A stretch of 64,000 bases of DNA. Source: Macrostomum hystrix. Taxonomy: Eukaryota > Animalia > Platyhelminthes. The position numbers and the translations under genes were made by a program. Shown here one piece after another: positions 1 through 11,359 of the stretch; position 1 is the first letter of the stretch; each line of letters begins with the position of its first letter. Under the pieces are notes generated by a model. It saw only the letters and a list, made by a program, of their open reading frames with translations. It searched no databases and was not told the DNA's origin. The stretch lies in the NCBI GenBank assembly GCA_950097015.1, contig CATNEN010000039.1, positions 15,252,001 to 15,316,000 of the forward strand. The letters run 5' to 3'.

Positions 1-1
1 A

Positions 2-2164
2 TTCATCAGAAATTTTTCCGAGATCGCCGCACCATTGACTCTGTTGACAACTAAAGGCGCAAAGTTCCGATGGGAGGAGGAGCAGGAGACTGCCTTCGAA
101 GCATTAAAACAGAATTTGACGAGCTCTGAAGTCATGGCACATCCGGACTTTTCGCCTACGGCTGGTGAGTTCGTGCTCGACACCGATGGAAGCTCAAAGG
201 TTGGAATCGGGGCCGTACTCTCGCAAGTCCAGACCGATGGTTCGGAGCGAGTGATCGCGTATGCCTCAAAGTCGCTGAATCAAGCAGAGCGCAATTACTG
301 CACGACACGACTAGAGCTGCTGGCAGTGGTGACGTTCGTTGCCAAGTTCAAATACTACCTTCTCGGCAAAGAATTCTGCCTGCGCACTGACCACAGCAGC
401 CTCCAGTGGCTAAAGAACTTCAAGGATGCTGAGGGACAGGTGGCACGTTGGCTGGAGAAGCTGGCACCGTTCCAGTACAGGATCGTCCACCGGCCAGGTC
501 GAGCCCACGTCAATGCGGATGCAATGTCCCGAAAGCCGGTTGTAAGAAAGCATTTTGGCGCCGACTCATGCCCTGTCTGTGCAAGTGGGTATAGCAACAG
601 GATCAACAGCATCGAACTGGGAGGCTTTTCAGCAGCAGATCTCAAGCGCGAACAGGATGAGGACGGTGACCTACGGGCTGTCAAGAATGCACTGATCCTT
701 ATTACTCAGTCGCTAAATGCGGGAGAGATCGACACCACGGCCTGGAGTCCACTGGCAAGAGGAATTTGGGCGCGACGAGATGATTTGCTGCTCCAAGAAG
801 AGACGCTGTTCATACGTGACATGAACAAGAGCGACAAGCAACTCATCGTGCTCCCACAAAGCTGTCTTCCAAGGACGTTGAAAAGCTTGCACCAGGGTGT
901 CGGAGGCGGCCACATTGGCTTCGCGAAGACGAAACACAAGATGTTGCAGCGTTTCTGGCGGCCAGGTCTGGCCCGGGCGATTGAGGAGTTTATCCGAGGA
1001 TGCGCTGTCTGCTGCAAAGCGAAAGCAGGGAAGAAGAATCGCGCCCCTCTAAAACCTCTCACATTTGCCGCACCATTCGACTGCATCATGGTGGACATTG
1101 TTGGGCCACTGCCGCGAAGCAAAGCCGGAAACTCGTACATTCTGACTGTCCAAGACTCCTTCACTAAGTGGCCAGACGCCTACCCATTGCGCAATCAGAA
1201 AGCGAAGACGGTTGCAAAAGTCCTGTTTGACAGATGGATTAGTCAGCATGGTTGTCCGAACACGCTGCACAGTGACCAAGGAAGAAACTTCGAGTCCAAA
1301 ATCGTGCGAGAGATGTGCCGGATGCTCGAGATCAGGAAGTCGCGGACTACAGCCTACCATCCAAGTGGAAATGGACAGGTTGAAAACTTCAACAAGAGCT
1401 TGAAGTCCATGCTCAAGTGCTGCCTAGAAGACGCCGGACGGAACGACTGGGAGGAGTTCGTGAGTTCAGCGTTGATGGCGTACCGATCGAGCGTCCACAG
1501 AGGCACAGGCTACACGCCCCACTACATGGTCTACGGTACGGAGATGCGCCTGCCTATCGATCTGTCCGACCAGCCGCCCCAGCGCGTGAGCTCGCATGTG
1601 GAATTCGTCAAAGACCTGGAGATCAAATTGCAGACGGCTCATCGCGCTGCGCGGATGCAGCTAAACACGTATCAGAGAAGGCAGAAGGACCACTACGACA
1701 AAAAAACTCGTGGTTCCGACATCAAGGAGGGCGACCACGTCTTTATCTACAGTCCCGCACTGAAGCCTGACGAAGCAGCGAAGTTTCACATCAGTTGGCG
1801 AGGACCTGTCCGTGTACTCTGCAAAATCTCAGAGGTTCTGTTCAAGGTAGAGAATCCGTCGAACCGCAGGAAAACGAAAGTCGTCCACTTCAACAACCTC
1901 CGGAAGTTCCAAGTACAGGAGGTGAAAGGGCCGGAGACCGAGCCGGACGACGTACAGTCCGAAGCCGAAGAACCCGAGCAAGATCAGGAAGAGGAAGACT
2001 GGCATCCTGGACACCAGAGGAAAGACCCAGTTAGACCTAACCCGGAGGTTCAGGCCGAACTGCCGCCGGAGCATGAGGAACCGGAGGAGGCGGAATTCGA
2101 ACCACGAAGGTCCGGCAGAACACGCCGACAACCTGATCGATATGGTCAGCCTGTGCTGTACTGA
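2..2164 (+). CDS. pol: Gypsy pol, partial (RT end, RNase H, HHCC zinc finger, DDE integrase, GPY/F-like motif)
   Basis: Frame is open from base 2 (FIRNFSEIAAPL); LDTDGS, YCTTRLELLAV, H..GGH..C..C, VDIVGP, HSDQGRNF, VENFN, WRGPV, PRRSGRTRRQPDRY. Confidence 0.95.
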   Translation, partial: FIRNFSEIAAPLTLLTTKGAKFRWEEEQETAFEALKQNLTSSEVMAHPDFSPTAGEFVLDTDGSSKVGIGAVLSQVQTDGSERVIAYASKSLNQAERNYCTTRLELLAVVTFVAKFKYYLLGKEFCLRTDHSSLQWLKNFKDAEGQVARWLEKLAPFQYRIVHRPGRAHVNADAMSRKPVVRKHFGADSCPVCASGYSNRINSIELGGFSAADLKREQDEDGDLRAVKNALILITQSLNAGEIDTTAWSPLARGIWARRDDLLLQEETLFIRDMNKSDKQLIVLPQSCLPRTLKSLHQGVGGGHIGFAKTKHKMLQRFWRPGLARAIEEFIRGCAVCCKAKAGKKNRAPLKPLTFAAPFDCIMVDIVGPLPRSKAGNSYILTVQDSFTKWPDAYPLRNQKAKTVAKVLFDRWISQHGCPNTLHSDQGRNFESKIVREMCRMLEIRKSRTTAYHPSGNGQVENFNKSLKSMLKCCLEDAGRNDWEEFVSSALMAYRSSVHRGTGYTPHYMVYGTEMRLPIDLSDQPPQRVSSHVEFVKDLEIKLQTAHRAARMQLNTYQRRQKDHYDKKTRGSDIKEGDHVFIYSPALKPDEAAKFHISWRGPVRVLCKISEVLFKVENPSNRRKTKVVHFNNLRKFQVQEVKGPETEPDDVQSEAEEPEQDQEEEDWHPGHQRKDPVRPNPEVQAELPPEHEEPEEAEFEPRRSGRTRRQPDRYGQPVLY

Positions 2165-2412
2165 GGCCCGCGAGTCGAGCAAAGCGACATCAAACTGCAC
2201 GTTTCGTCGCATCATCTGATGTTCAGTAGCGGCATTTCGATAAACAAGACTTTATTTTACTAACTTTCTAGGCCAACTCCTTTAAATGCGATTTGCGTAG
2301 CGGTCGGCTCGGGTTCTCGAAACACTCTCCAGGGACGCTCTAGCAGTGAAGGAAGCTTTCACGGTTCGTTACGTGTACGGGTTGGATCTAACGCGCAAGC
2401 GGTATTTTGCAG

Positions 2413-3342
2413 ATGGATCTGTATGCCAGGCTGGAAGCTGAGCCTTCCACAGATCTCGTGCAGCTTCGGCGGAATTATCATCGGCTTGCTCTCACCTGGC
2501 ACCCAGACAAGCACCCGGACAAAGAAGTGGCGGTTCGCCGGTTTCAAGAGATCGAGACAGCTTGGCGCATTCTGTCCTGTCCATATCGACGAGCGATGTA
2601 CGACCGATTCGGAGAGAAGTCAATTCCGTTCGACAGTGCTGTGTCGCTGTCAGCATTGTTCGTGCCACCAACAGACGTAGAAATGCCGGCGGACATGGAG
2701 GACAGTGTCCGGCAGGCTCAGGAGGTGCAAGAAACTCTGCGAAGAGAGGAAAGCCGCAGGCGTCAGGAGCAGGACGGCTATGAGTTTTTGGTCATCTCGG
2801 AAGAGGAAGATGAACTGCTGGAGACAGACGAGTCGAGTACGGGACACCAGCACGAGAGCCTGAACTTCGAGGAAGATGGCGAGACCAAGATGAGCGTGGA
2901 CTCATGCAGCAAGGACGTTGTCCTACACCATGGTTCGAGAGGGTGGTGGAGCTGCAAGGAGCTGCCTACATCTGAGGACGCCAAGAGACTGCGAGCTAAG
3001 CTCCTTAAGGCGGTGTTGAACGGGCAACAGGAAGCAACGATGTCGACATTGGCGGCGTGGCGCCGATTGTTGATTACCTATGGGCGCGAACCACGGGCCG
3101 CGTTAGTCTCGGTGCTCCAACAGTGCCTACGGTTTATTCAACGTGATGTTTCGGTGACTCGCCGCCGCGGCCGCAGCCGTAGGTTCTGGGATAGAGACAA
3201 CTTCGACACGTTTGCTCTGCAGCTAAAGAATGAGATCATCCCGACGTTTAAACTGCGCCAAGGTGGATCTCTGCTAAAGATACTATCAGATTGCGTCATG
3301 CTCCCCGGTGTGAGTGGTCGGAGGGGACCCCGGCCTTCCTAG
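2413..3342 (+). CDS. J-domain (DnaJ/Hsp40-type) protein encoded inside the Gypsy element, 309 aa
   Basis: MDLYARL...YHRLALTWHPDK...FQEIETAWRILS...RRAMYDRFGE is a canonical J domain with HPD; ATG at 2413 directly follows an acceptor-like TTTTGCAG. Confidence 0.85.
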   Translation: MDLYARLEAEPSTDLVQLRRNYHRLALTWHPDKHPDKEVAVRRFQEIETAWRILSCPYRRAMYDRFGEKSIPFDSAVSLSALFVPPTDVEMPADMEDSVRQAQEVQETLRREESRRRQEQDGYEFLVISEEEDELLETDESSTGHQHESLNFEEDGETKMSVDSCSKDVVLHHGSRGWWSCKELPTSEDAKRLRAKLLKAVLNGQQEATMSTLAAWRRLLITYGREPRAALVSVLQQCLRFIQRDVSVTRRRGRSRRFWDRDNFDTFALQLKNEIIPTFKLRQGGSLLKILSDCVMLPGVSGRRGPRPS

Positions 3343-3489
3343 CCGCGTATTATTTAGCACGTACTTTACTGTATGTTCGTCTGGTGTAGGGTTTACTTGT
3401 ACTGTATGTTTTCGTATTTACTAAACCTGGCATTCTGGGAGGGTGGACACGGGCCGCCTCTGCCGGCAGGTACAAGGCATCATCGCAGC

Positions 3490-3985
3490 CCCATGCCTGG
3501 TGACATCACTTCCCTGGCTGCAACGCCGCTCGGCCTGCGACGTCAACACCTTGCCTGCGATGCCATCGGACTGCCTGCGACGTCAGCGCACTGCCGGCGA
3601 CGCCATCGTACTGGCTGCGGAGCCAGCGCCCTGCCTGCGACGTCAGCGCAATGCCTGCGACTCTAGCAATCCTGCGACGACAGCGTATGCCCGCGAGGTC
3701 AGTGCTCTGCCGAGGTCGCCTGCGCCGGTAGCGACGGCTGCTCGGCCTGTGACGTCAACACCTTGCCTGCGATGCCATCGGCCTGCCTGCGATGTTAGCG
3801 CACTGCCGGCGACGTCAGCGCACTGTCTGCGACGCCACCGCCCTGCCTGGGACGCCAGCGTGCGCCTGCGATGTCAGTGCTCTGCCGAAGTCGCCTGCGA
3901 CGGCTTCCCTGGCTGCGACCACAGCGCTCTGCTATCAGCGCCGAGGCCGGTGACGTCAGTGCCCGGTCCGCGACGTCGGTACATA
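3490..3985 (+). repeat. Degenerate GC-rich tandem repeats (GCCTGCGACGTCAGCGC-like) in the Gypsy 3' untranslated region
   Basis: Recurrent CCTGCGA and GACGTCA words; perfect TGACGTCA at 3750 and 3951. Confidence 0.7.
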
Positions 3986-4176
3986 GCCTAGACGTGCGTC
4001 CCTACAGTCTTGCCGCGCTCTGCCAACCCCAGTGCCTCCCTGTCCAGTGCCAGTAACTTTCGTTTCGTTCCTTGTGTTTACATTTAAATTTCGGTCGGTC
4101 GACGTCGTTTATCCCAGTGTCTTCTTTTCCCAGTTTCATCCTTATGCGTGTATTTTGCTTTTTTAGGAGGGGAGGA

Positions 4177-4870
4177 TGTGGTGCCGGTGTCTCTGGCCTT
4201 GTGGTTTTGTTAGGCCTTCCTCACCCAGCGCCGTCTTGGCTCAGAGTGCCCGGTGCCGCCATCTGATTGGCTGGGCGCGGGCATTGTGTGCCTATCCTAC
4301 CCCAGCCCTGCGTGGCTTTGCCCTCACGCCAATCAGCTCTGCGTAGCTTTGCCCGTCCACCCGTCCAGCGCGTACAACCCTACCCCCCCCCCAGCGCGCT
4401 GTAGGCTTTGTTTGTGCTCCGCCCCTGTCTGCCCCCTTGTCAGCCCTTAAGGTATCGTTTTCTGCCCGGGCCAAGGCTACCTCTCTCCCCCCTTGCGTAC
4501 TTTAAAAGATCGTGCCGTAAAGACGGTCTCTTACGGCGAAGGCTCAATTTATTGCATAGCGAAGTGAATATTGAATAGTGATTCCGAGTGCATGGTTTAT
4601 TAAAGTGCAAAAATTGCCGACAAATACATACAGCGTCATCCTGCCATCCTATCGTGCGTCCCGACCGGTAAGCACTGTATTTGTGTCTGTCCTTTCGGGG
4701 TGCCAGGTCCGCACGGAGTACTGTAATAATCTTAGAAGTACTGTGTGAGCGTCCTAACGCCATCAGTCCCTGACTGCAACAGAGCGTCCTAACGCCTGGT
4801 TCAGTGATCGATAATATTTTACTTAATAGGGCTGTGGGCCGGGGATCTCAAACCGACCACTGTCACTACA
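4177..4870 (+). repeat. 3' LTR (~694 bp)
   Basis: Follows the PPT; TG...CA ends with an imperfect inverted repeat TGTGGTG/CACTACA; CCAAT boxes near 4263 and 4328; the 5' LTR is not available for comparison. Confidence 0.75.
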
Positions 4871-5220
4871 TTGTGAAGAGGAAGGGAGTGGTACACTGGG
4901 GAGAGGGGGTGTACATTGGGAAGAGGAAGGGAGAGAAACATTGGGGAGAGGGGGATGTACATTGGGAAGAGGAAGGGAGGGGAACATTGGGGAGAGGGGG
5001 GTGTACATTGGGAAGAGGAAGGGAGGGGAACATTGGGGAGAGGAGGGATGTACAATTTGAAGAGGAAGGGAGGGGAACATTGGGGAGAGGGGGATGTACA
5101 TTGGGAAGAGGAAGGGAGGGGAACATTGGGGAGAGGAGGGATGTACATTGTGAAGAGGAAGGGAGGGGAACATTGGGGAGAGGGGGATGTACATTGGGAA
5201 GAGGAAGGGAGGGGAACAGT
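4871..5220. repeat. Purine-rich minisatellite (GATGTACATTGGGAAGAGGAAGGGAGGGGAACATTGGGGAGAGGG-like)
   Basis: Direct tandem copies. Confidence 0.9.
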
Positions 5221-5264
5221 GAGAGGTGAAGTTTGAGACCCAAAGAAAAAGCATTCAAGCTCAC

Positions 5265-5960
5265 AAAACCGCGCCGGTGGATCTCCGTGTAACCCGAAAG
5301 CTGAAGGGCTGCTTCTGGACGGTGACTCGATAGCGCGGCCTCTCCGTTCCCGACTGTGGCAGATGTAGCGGCACCGGGACTTCGTAGCGACTGGAGTTGG
5401 CGCTCACAATCTGGCCAATGTTTAGACGCGAATAGGGTTTTGGCCATAGACTAACTGATACCATTGGATACTGCGAAATTAACTGCGCCAACCTTAATTC
5501 GAACTGTAGAATCGGACAGATGAGTCACCAGCAGCCGGAGATACGGCAGGCCGCCTCTAAACAGCTGCCCGTCGGAGTCGCCATCCCGCAGTTGCAACGT
5601 AGCCGTCAGGCCGTCTCGGTTCTCAACCATTTCGACAAGCTCGTAGCCCAGCAGATCAGATTGTTCCGGATAAAAGCAGCGGGGCGCGTTCAGATCGTTA
5701 GCTCCGATATCGTCAAAGTGGCAGCCGCGTCGTTCGCAATTTGCTCGACTGGCACCGCCGGGCAGTTGTCGATAGTCGAACAGGCAGTCGATTCGCTGCT
5801 CCGCCGGCGCTGGACGTTGAGTAGGCCGCGGGGTGCTCAGCATCGGCGGAGGCGTCGGCCGCGGAGCTGAGGCCAGCTGAGCGATGAGTACAGAGAGGGA
5901 AATCAGAATTCCCAGCAGAGCCAAGAAGGTTGCGGTCAGCAGGCCGAGCTTCAGCCTCCG
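5265..5960 (-). CDS. GH31 alpha-glucosidase (GAA/MGAM-like) N-terminal exons, ~5960-5493 and 5410-5265; the gene presumably continues left of the window across the Gypsy-containing intron
   Basis: Hydrophobic anchor, trefoil domain (RIDC..CERRGC..PRCFYP), VRIK|IVSANSSRYEVP..PFSFRVTRRSTGAVL; GT/AG boundaries in frame; start codon not identified. Confidence 0.8.
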
Positions 5961-6031
5961 GGATGTTGTTGACGCCTCGGCAGACTGGCGTGGGGTGGCG
6001 CGAGTGTTTTTTGCACAATTATGGCGTCACT

Positions 6032-7130
6032 GGTAGCTAATCTCTTCAGGCTTTCCTTCAGAACCTTCAGTTCTCCGGTAGCTGTCTCTTCAGGCTTTCC
6101 TTCAGAGCCTTCAGTTCTTAGGTAGCTGTCTCTTCAGGCTTTCTTTCAGAGCCTTCAGTTGTTAGGTAGCTGTCTCTTTAGGCTATCCTTCAGAACCTTC
6201 AGTTCTTAGGTAGCTGTCTCTTCAGGCTTTCTTTCAGAGCCTTCAGTTGTTAGGTAGCTGTCTCTTTAGGCTATCCTTCAGAACATTCAGTTCTTAGGTA
6301 GCTGTCTCTTCAGGCTATCCTTCAGAACCTTCAGTTCTTAGGTAGCTGTCTCTTCAGGCTTTCCTTCAGAGCCTTCAGTTCTTAGGTAGCTGTCTCTTCA
6401 GGCTATCCTTCAGAACCTTCAGTTCTTAGGTAGCTGTCTCTTCAGGCTATCCTTCAGAACCTTCAGTTCTCCGGTAGCTGTCTCTTCAGGCTTTCCTTCA
6501 GAGCCTTCAGTTGTTAGGTAGCTGTCTCTTCAGGCTATCCTTCAGAACCTTCAGTTCTTAGGTAGCTGTCTCTTCAGGCTATCCTTCAGAACCTTCAGTT
6601 CTTAGGTAGCTGTCTCTTCAGGCTTTCCTTCAGAGCCTTCAGTTCTTAGGTAGCTGTCTCTTCAGGCTTTCCTTCAGAGCCTTCAGTTCTTAGGTAGCTG
6701 TCTCTTCAGGCTATCCTTCAGAACATTCAGTTCTTAGGTAGCTGTCTCTTCAGGCTATCCTTCAGAGCCTTCAGTTCTCAGGTAGCTGTCTCTTCAGGCT
6801 ATCCTTCAGAGCCTTCAGTTCTTAGGTAGCTGTCTCTTCAGGCTATCCTTCAGAACCTTTAGTTCTTAGGTAGCTGTCTCTTCAGGCTATCCTTCAGAAC
6901 CTTCAGTTCTCAGGTAGCTGTCTCTTCAGGCTATCCTTCAGAACATTCAGTTCTTAGGTAGCTGTCTCTTCAGGCTATCCTTCAGAACATTCAGTTCTTA
7001 GGTAGCTGTCTCTTCAGGCTATCCTTCAGAACATTCAGTTCTTAGGTAGCTGTCTCTTCAGGCTATCCTTCAGAACCTTCAGTTCTTAGGTAGCTGTCTC
7101 TTCAGGCTTTCCTTCAGAGCCTTCAGTTCT
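6032..7130. repeat. 44-bp minisatellite GGTAGCTGTCTCTTCAGGCTATCCTTCAGAACCTTCAGTTCTTA
   Basis: Direct tandem copies. Confidence 0.95.
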
Positions 7131-7512
7131 GAATTGAGAACAAATTTAAAACTAAAACTAAAAATTTAATTGACTTGTGTGCAAAATTTATAAATCCGTC
7201 ACTACTGAATGCAATCTTATCGGGCTGTTGCAGAGCCTGATTGCGCCTGTATAGACATGTAGCTAGACTGCCTAAATTAATTTCAGATTGAGATTGACGA
7301 AAAAGTTAAGTAATAAAAAACAACTAACAAATGAAGAGTTGGTTCACAAGGCACTGTTAAGGTGTTTGATAATAAAACTGCTGCCCAGAAAACACTCTAA
7401 GACGACAAGTCTTACAAAACAATTTCTTTTATTTTATTCCGATTTTTTGCTGCGTTTATAGATCATTGCTTTGAAAGTCTGTTTCGATAACAACAAATAA
7501 TCAAATGTGTTT

Positions 7513-8187
7513 GGGATCTAGTGGGATTGGATCTAATAGGGATCTAGTAGGGATGGGATCTAGTAGGGATCTAGTATGGATCTAATAGGGATCTAGTAGG
7601 GATGAAATCTAGTAGGCATGAAATCTAGTAGGGATGGGATCTAGTAGGGATGGGATCTAGTAGGGATCTAGTAGGGGTGGGATCTAGTAGGGATGAAATC
7701 TAGTAGGGATGAAATCTAGTAGGGATGAAATCTAGTAGGGATGGGATCTAGTAGGGATGGGATCTAGTAGGGATCTAGTAGGGGTGGGATCTAGTAGGGA
7801 TGAAATCTAGTAGGGATGAAATCTAGTAGGGATGAAATCTAGTAGGGATGAAATCTAGTAGGGATGAAATCTAGTAGGGATGAAATCTAGTAGGGATGAA
7901 ATCTAGTAGGGATGAAATCTAGTAGGGATGAAATCTAGTAGGGATGAAATCTAGTAGGGATGAAATCTAGTAGGGATGAAATCTAGTAGGGATGCGATCT
8001 AGTAGGGATCTAGTAGGGATCTAGTAGGGATGGGATCTAGTAGGGATGGGATCTAGTAGGGATGGGATCTAGTAGGGATGGGATCTAGTAGGGATGGGAT
8101 CTAGTAGGGATGAAATCTAGTAGGGATGCGATCTAGTAGGGATCTAGTAGGGATCTAGTAGGGATGGGATCTAGTAGGGATGGGATC
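7513..8187. repeat. ~16-bp minisatellite ATCTAGTAGGGATGAA/GGG
   Basis: Direct tandem copies. Confidence 0.95.
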
Positions 8188-8224
8188 AACAAGGAATAGG
8201 ATCAAGTTGGGATGTTATTTTGTC

Positions 8225-8488
8225 TCAGAGCTGGGTTCTCAGGACCTCAACCAGGTGATCACGCATTTCGCGTCCGTCATTTGAAAATCCGATCGAGCCG
8301 TGATAACAAGCGAAATTGCGCAAGTGGATTCGAACCCCTGATCGCTGAAGCCGATCGGCGTAGAGTATAGCGTCGCTTAGCAACGGGTCGAACTCGCAGG
8401 CCAGAATGTGGGCCGGCGGCAAGCCCATCTTATCGAGGTCATCGCCAAGCAACGGTGAAATGCGGAAGTCGGCAATCGAAGCTGCGAC
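8225..8488 (-). CDS. Terminal exon of an arylacetamide deacetylase/NCEH1-like (HSL family) esterase
   Basis: TTTTCAG acceptor, then VAASIADFRISPLL..LPPAHILACEFDPLLSDAILYADRL..YHG (catalytic Asp and His motifs), stop at 8225. Confidence 0.8.
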   Translation of the reverse strand, partial: VAASIADFRISPLLGDDLDKMGLPPAHILACEFDPLLSDAILYADRLQRSGVRIHLRNFACYHGSIGFSNDGREMRDHLVEVLRTQL

Positions 8489-8515
8489 CTGAAAATTTTA
8501 GGAACATATCTTTAG

Positions 8516-8760
8516 GGTAGCTGTACACAGGCCAGCTGTACACAGGCTAGCTGTACACAGGCTAGCTGTACACAGGCTAGCTGTACACAGGCTAGCTGTA
8601 CACAGGCTAGCTGTACACAGGCTAGCTGTACACAGGCTAGCTGTACACAGGCTAGCTGTACACAGGCTAGCTGTACACAGGCTAGCTGTACACAGGCTAG
8701 CTGTACACAGGCTAGTTGTACACAGGCTAGCTGTACACAGGCTAGCCGTACACAGGATAG
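8516..8760. repeat. 15-bp minisatellite CTAGCTGTACACAGG
   Basis: Direct tandem copies. Confidence 0.95.
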
Positions 8761-8867
8761 AAGTTCACAAGCCCCCTGTACACAGACTTATCCCAGCAGT
8801 ACGCAGAAATTACAGTTTCAACCAACCTTAGCTGCCACATCCGGGTTGATAATGACAAATCGCCCTT

Positions 8868-10488
8868 GGCCTCACTACACGGTTCATGCCGAACTTATCT
8901 GCCGAGCTGGCATCGCTGCACCGCCTACTAGACCAGAGCGCCGAGTGGTGTTGGGGTGCCCCGCAAGACGCCGCGTTCAACAAGTGCAAGAAGCTCCTCA
9001 GTAAGGCGCCGGTCCTGGTGCATTTTGACGGCAGCAAGCCATTGGTCCTGGAGTGCGACGCCTCGCCGTACGGCTTCGGCGCTGTCATCAGCCACCGGAT
9101 TAGCGGCATCGACCAGCCGATCGCTTTCGCTTCACGCTCGTTGCACTACGCCGAGACAAGGTATTCCCAGTTGGACAAGGAAGCCCTAGCAATAATCTTC
9201 GGCGAAAAACGCTTTCACTCGTACCTGTACGGCCGGAAATTCACACTTATCAGCGACCTCAAGCCGCTGCTGGGGCTGCTGCATGAAGGCAAGCCGATTC
9301 CTGCGATGGCATCGGGCAGGATCCAGCGGTGTGCGCTTCTCCTGTCCACCTACAGTTACACGATGGAGCACCGGTCCGGCCGATCGCTGCTGCGAGCGGA
9401 CGCGCTGAGCCGGCTGCCGCTTCCCGAGAGACCGCGGGACGCACCAGTACCAGCAGACGTGGTTCTCGTCATGGACATGCTGGACGAAGGACACAGCCGG
9501 AGACATTCGAGTCTGGACCCGGAAGGACCCGGTCCTTTCCAGAGCGCTGCACTTCACCGAATGCGGCTGCTGGCCGGAGCAGACGAGCCCAGAACTGCAG
9601 CCGTATCGATCCCGACGCGACCAGCTCAGCGTGCAGGACGGCTGTCTGCTCTGGGGCACTCGAGTCGTGGTGCCGCACGCCGGCCGGTCTGCGCTGCTAC
9701 AGTGTCTGCACCAAGGACACCAGGGTGCGTCCAGAATGAAGGCGCTCGCTCGAAGTTTCTTTTGGTGGCCCAAGTTGGATGAGGCGATCGAGCAGCTTGC
9801 CAGTGACTGCGCGGACTGTCCAGAGCTGCAGAAGTCACCGCCACCGGTTCCGCTGCACCCATGGGCGTGGCCGGACAGGCCGTGGTCGCGCCTCCATATT
9901 GATTTTGCAGGCCCAGTCGAGGGCAAGATGCTGCTGGTGTTAGTCGATGCCCACTCCAAGTGGATGGACGTGCATGTCATGACGTCCACAACTTCGGCGG
10001 CGACCATCCAGAGGCTGCGGGAGAGCTTCTGCACTCATGGGCTGCCAGATATCATCGTGACGGACAACGGCCCCAACCTGGTCAGCGAGGAGATGGAGAA
10101 ATTCCTGCAGCAGAACGGGATCCGGCACGTGCGGATCGCGCCCTACCACCCGGCGTCCAACGGGCAGGTGGAGCGAGCGGTCCAAACGCTAAAGAAGTCG
10201 CTGGCGAAGCAGTAGAGCGGCTCGCTGGAGGGCCGGGTGGCGCGCTTCCTACTGACCTACCGCGTGACGCCTCACGCCACGACTGGCGCCCCGCCGTGTG
10301 AACTGCTGATGGGAAGGCGGCTGCGGTCCCTACTCGATCGAGTGCGGCCGGATCTTCCGGCGAGGGTGGCTCTCCAGCAAGCGATACAGAAACAGCAACA
10401 CGACGCCAACGCCCGTGATCGCCACAGTGATCGAGATCGGTGGCGAGAGATTTCGCGGCCGATGGCAAATGGAAGTAGCGTTTGGTAG
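8868..10488 (+). pseudogene. Decayed Gypsy (K02A2.6-like) pol fragment: RNase H + integrase, no LTRs seen
   Basis: CDASPYG, YSQLDKEALA, H.GHQG..C..C, HIDFAGP, VTDNGP, PYHPASNGQVER; frameshift near 9490 and stop at 10213. Confidence 0.9.
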
Positions 10489-10526
10489 TAGAGTTCGTTC
10501 TACAATCTTAAGTGAAGTCTTTAAAC

Positions 10527-10845
10527 ATTGAGTTCATGGGATCATGGAGTTCATGTGATCATTGAGTTCATGGGCTCATGGAGTTCATGGGATCATTGAG
10601 TTCATTGGATCATGGAGTTCATGTGATCATTGAGTTCATGGGATCATTGAGTTCATGGGCTCATTGATTTCATGGGATCATGGAGTTCATGTGATCATTG
10701 AGTTCATGAGTCATTGAGTTCATGAGTCATTGAGTTCATGAGTCATTGAGTTCATGAGTCATTGAGTTCATGAGTCATTGAGTTTATAATATCATTGAGT
10801 TCATGGGATCATTGGGTTCATGGGATCATTGATTTCATGGGAATT
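10527..10845. repeat. 16-17-bp minisatellite TCATTGAGTTCATGGGA
   Basis: Direct tandem copies. Confidence 0.9.
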
Positions 10846-10874
10846 ATTAGGAACTTCAAGGGATCATGGGATAA

Positions 10875-11359
10875 GTTTCCTCTCTGCCCAGCTGGGATGT
10901 CGTGCTTAGCTGCTTGAAGGACAGCTTGCCTGAAGGCTTTCTCTCCAGGATGAGGATGCCTGGGAGCAGGAAGTTTCTCAAACAGGTCTTCACATTCAGT
11001 GGTGAGTTTCTCCCAATTTGCCTTCTTGAAGTTGACAAAGGATCGAGCGTTGAGTAGCTGGCGTCGGGGACTCCACGGTGCTGATGGTAAGCAGAATGGG
11101 CAGGTGGTCCGAGCCCTCACAGGTCGCCCACTCACAGGACAAGAAGATGTCGAGGGTGGCGAGGCTGATGTCCGGGGAGGTTGGCTGCCCGGACTGGGGT
11201 AGCCGCGTGGGAGCATCTTCGTTGAGGAGAGCGATGCCTTGTTACAAGAGGAATTCCGCCAAAAGATCTTCCCTGGAGTCGGAGAGGGGCGAGTGCCAGA
11301 GAACATTGTGCGCATTGAAGTCGCCAACGACAAGGTGAGTCCCGTGCGAGGTGTCTTCC
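10875..11359 (-). pseudogene. Old LINE endonuclease fragment, left half (continues at 15177-15250)
   Basis: VGDFNAH, SPDISL, SDHLPI, NFKKANW, with a stop and a frameshift; joins YVPPASS..LEDT on the far side of the young LINE. Confidence 0.8.

Larger units (their letters stand above)
1..4870 (+). mobile_element. Ty3/Gypsy LTR retrotransposon, 3' portion (pol end, extra J-domain ORF, PPT, 3' LTR); 5' part outside the window
   Basis: pol ORF runs to 2164; polypurine tract AGGAGGGGAGGA at 4165-4176 is immediately followed by TGTGGTG...CACTACA (4177-4870); host minisatellite resumes at 4871. Confidence 0.85.

Noticed and set aside
3373-4056. Cys/Arg-rich ORFs after the J-domain gene
   Set aside because: Arise from the degenerate GC-rich repeat; no recognisable domain
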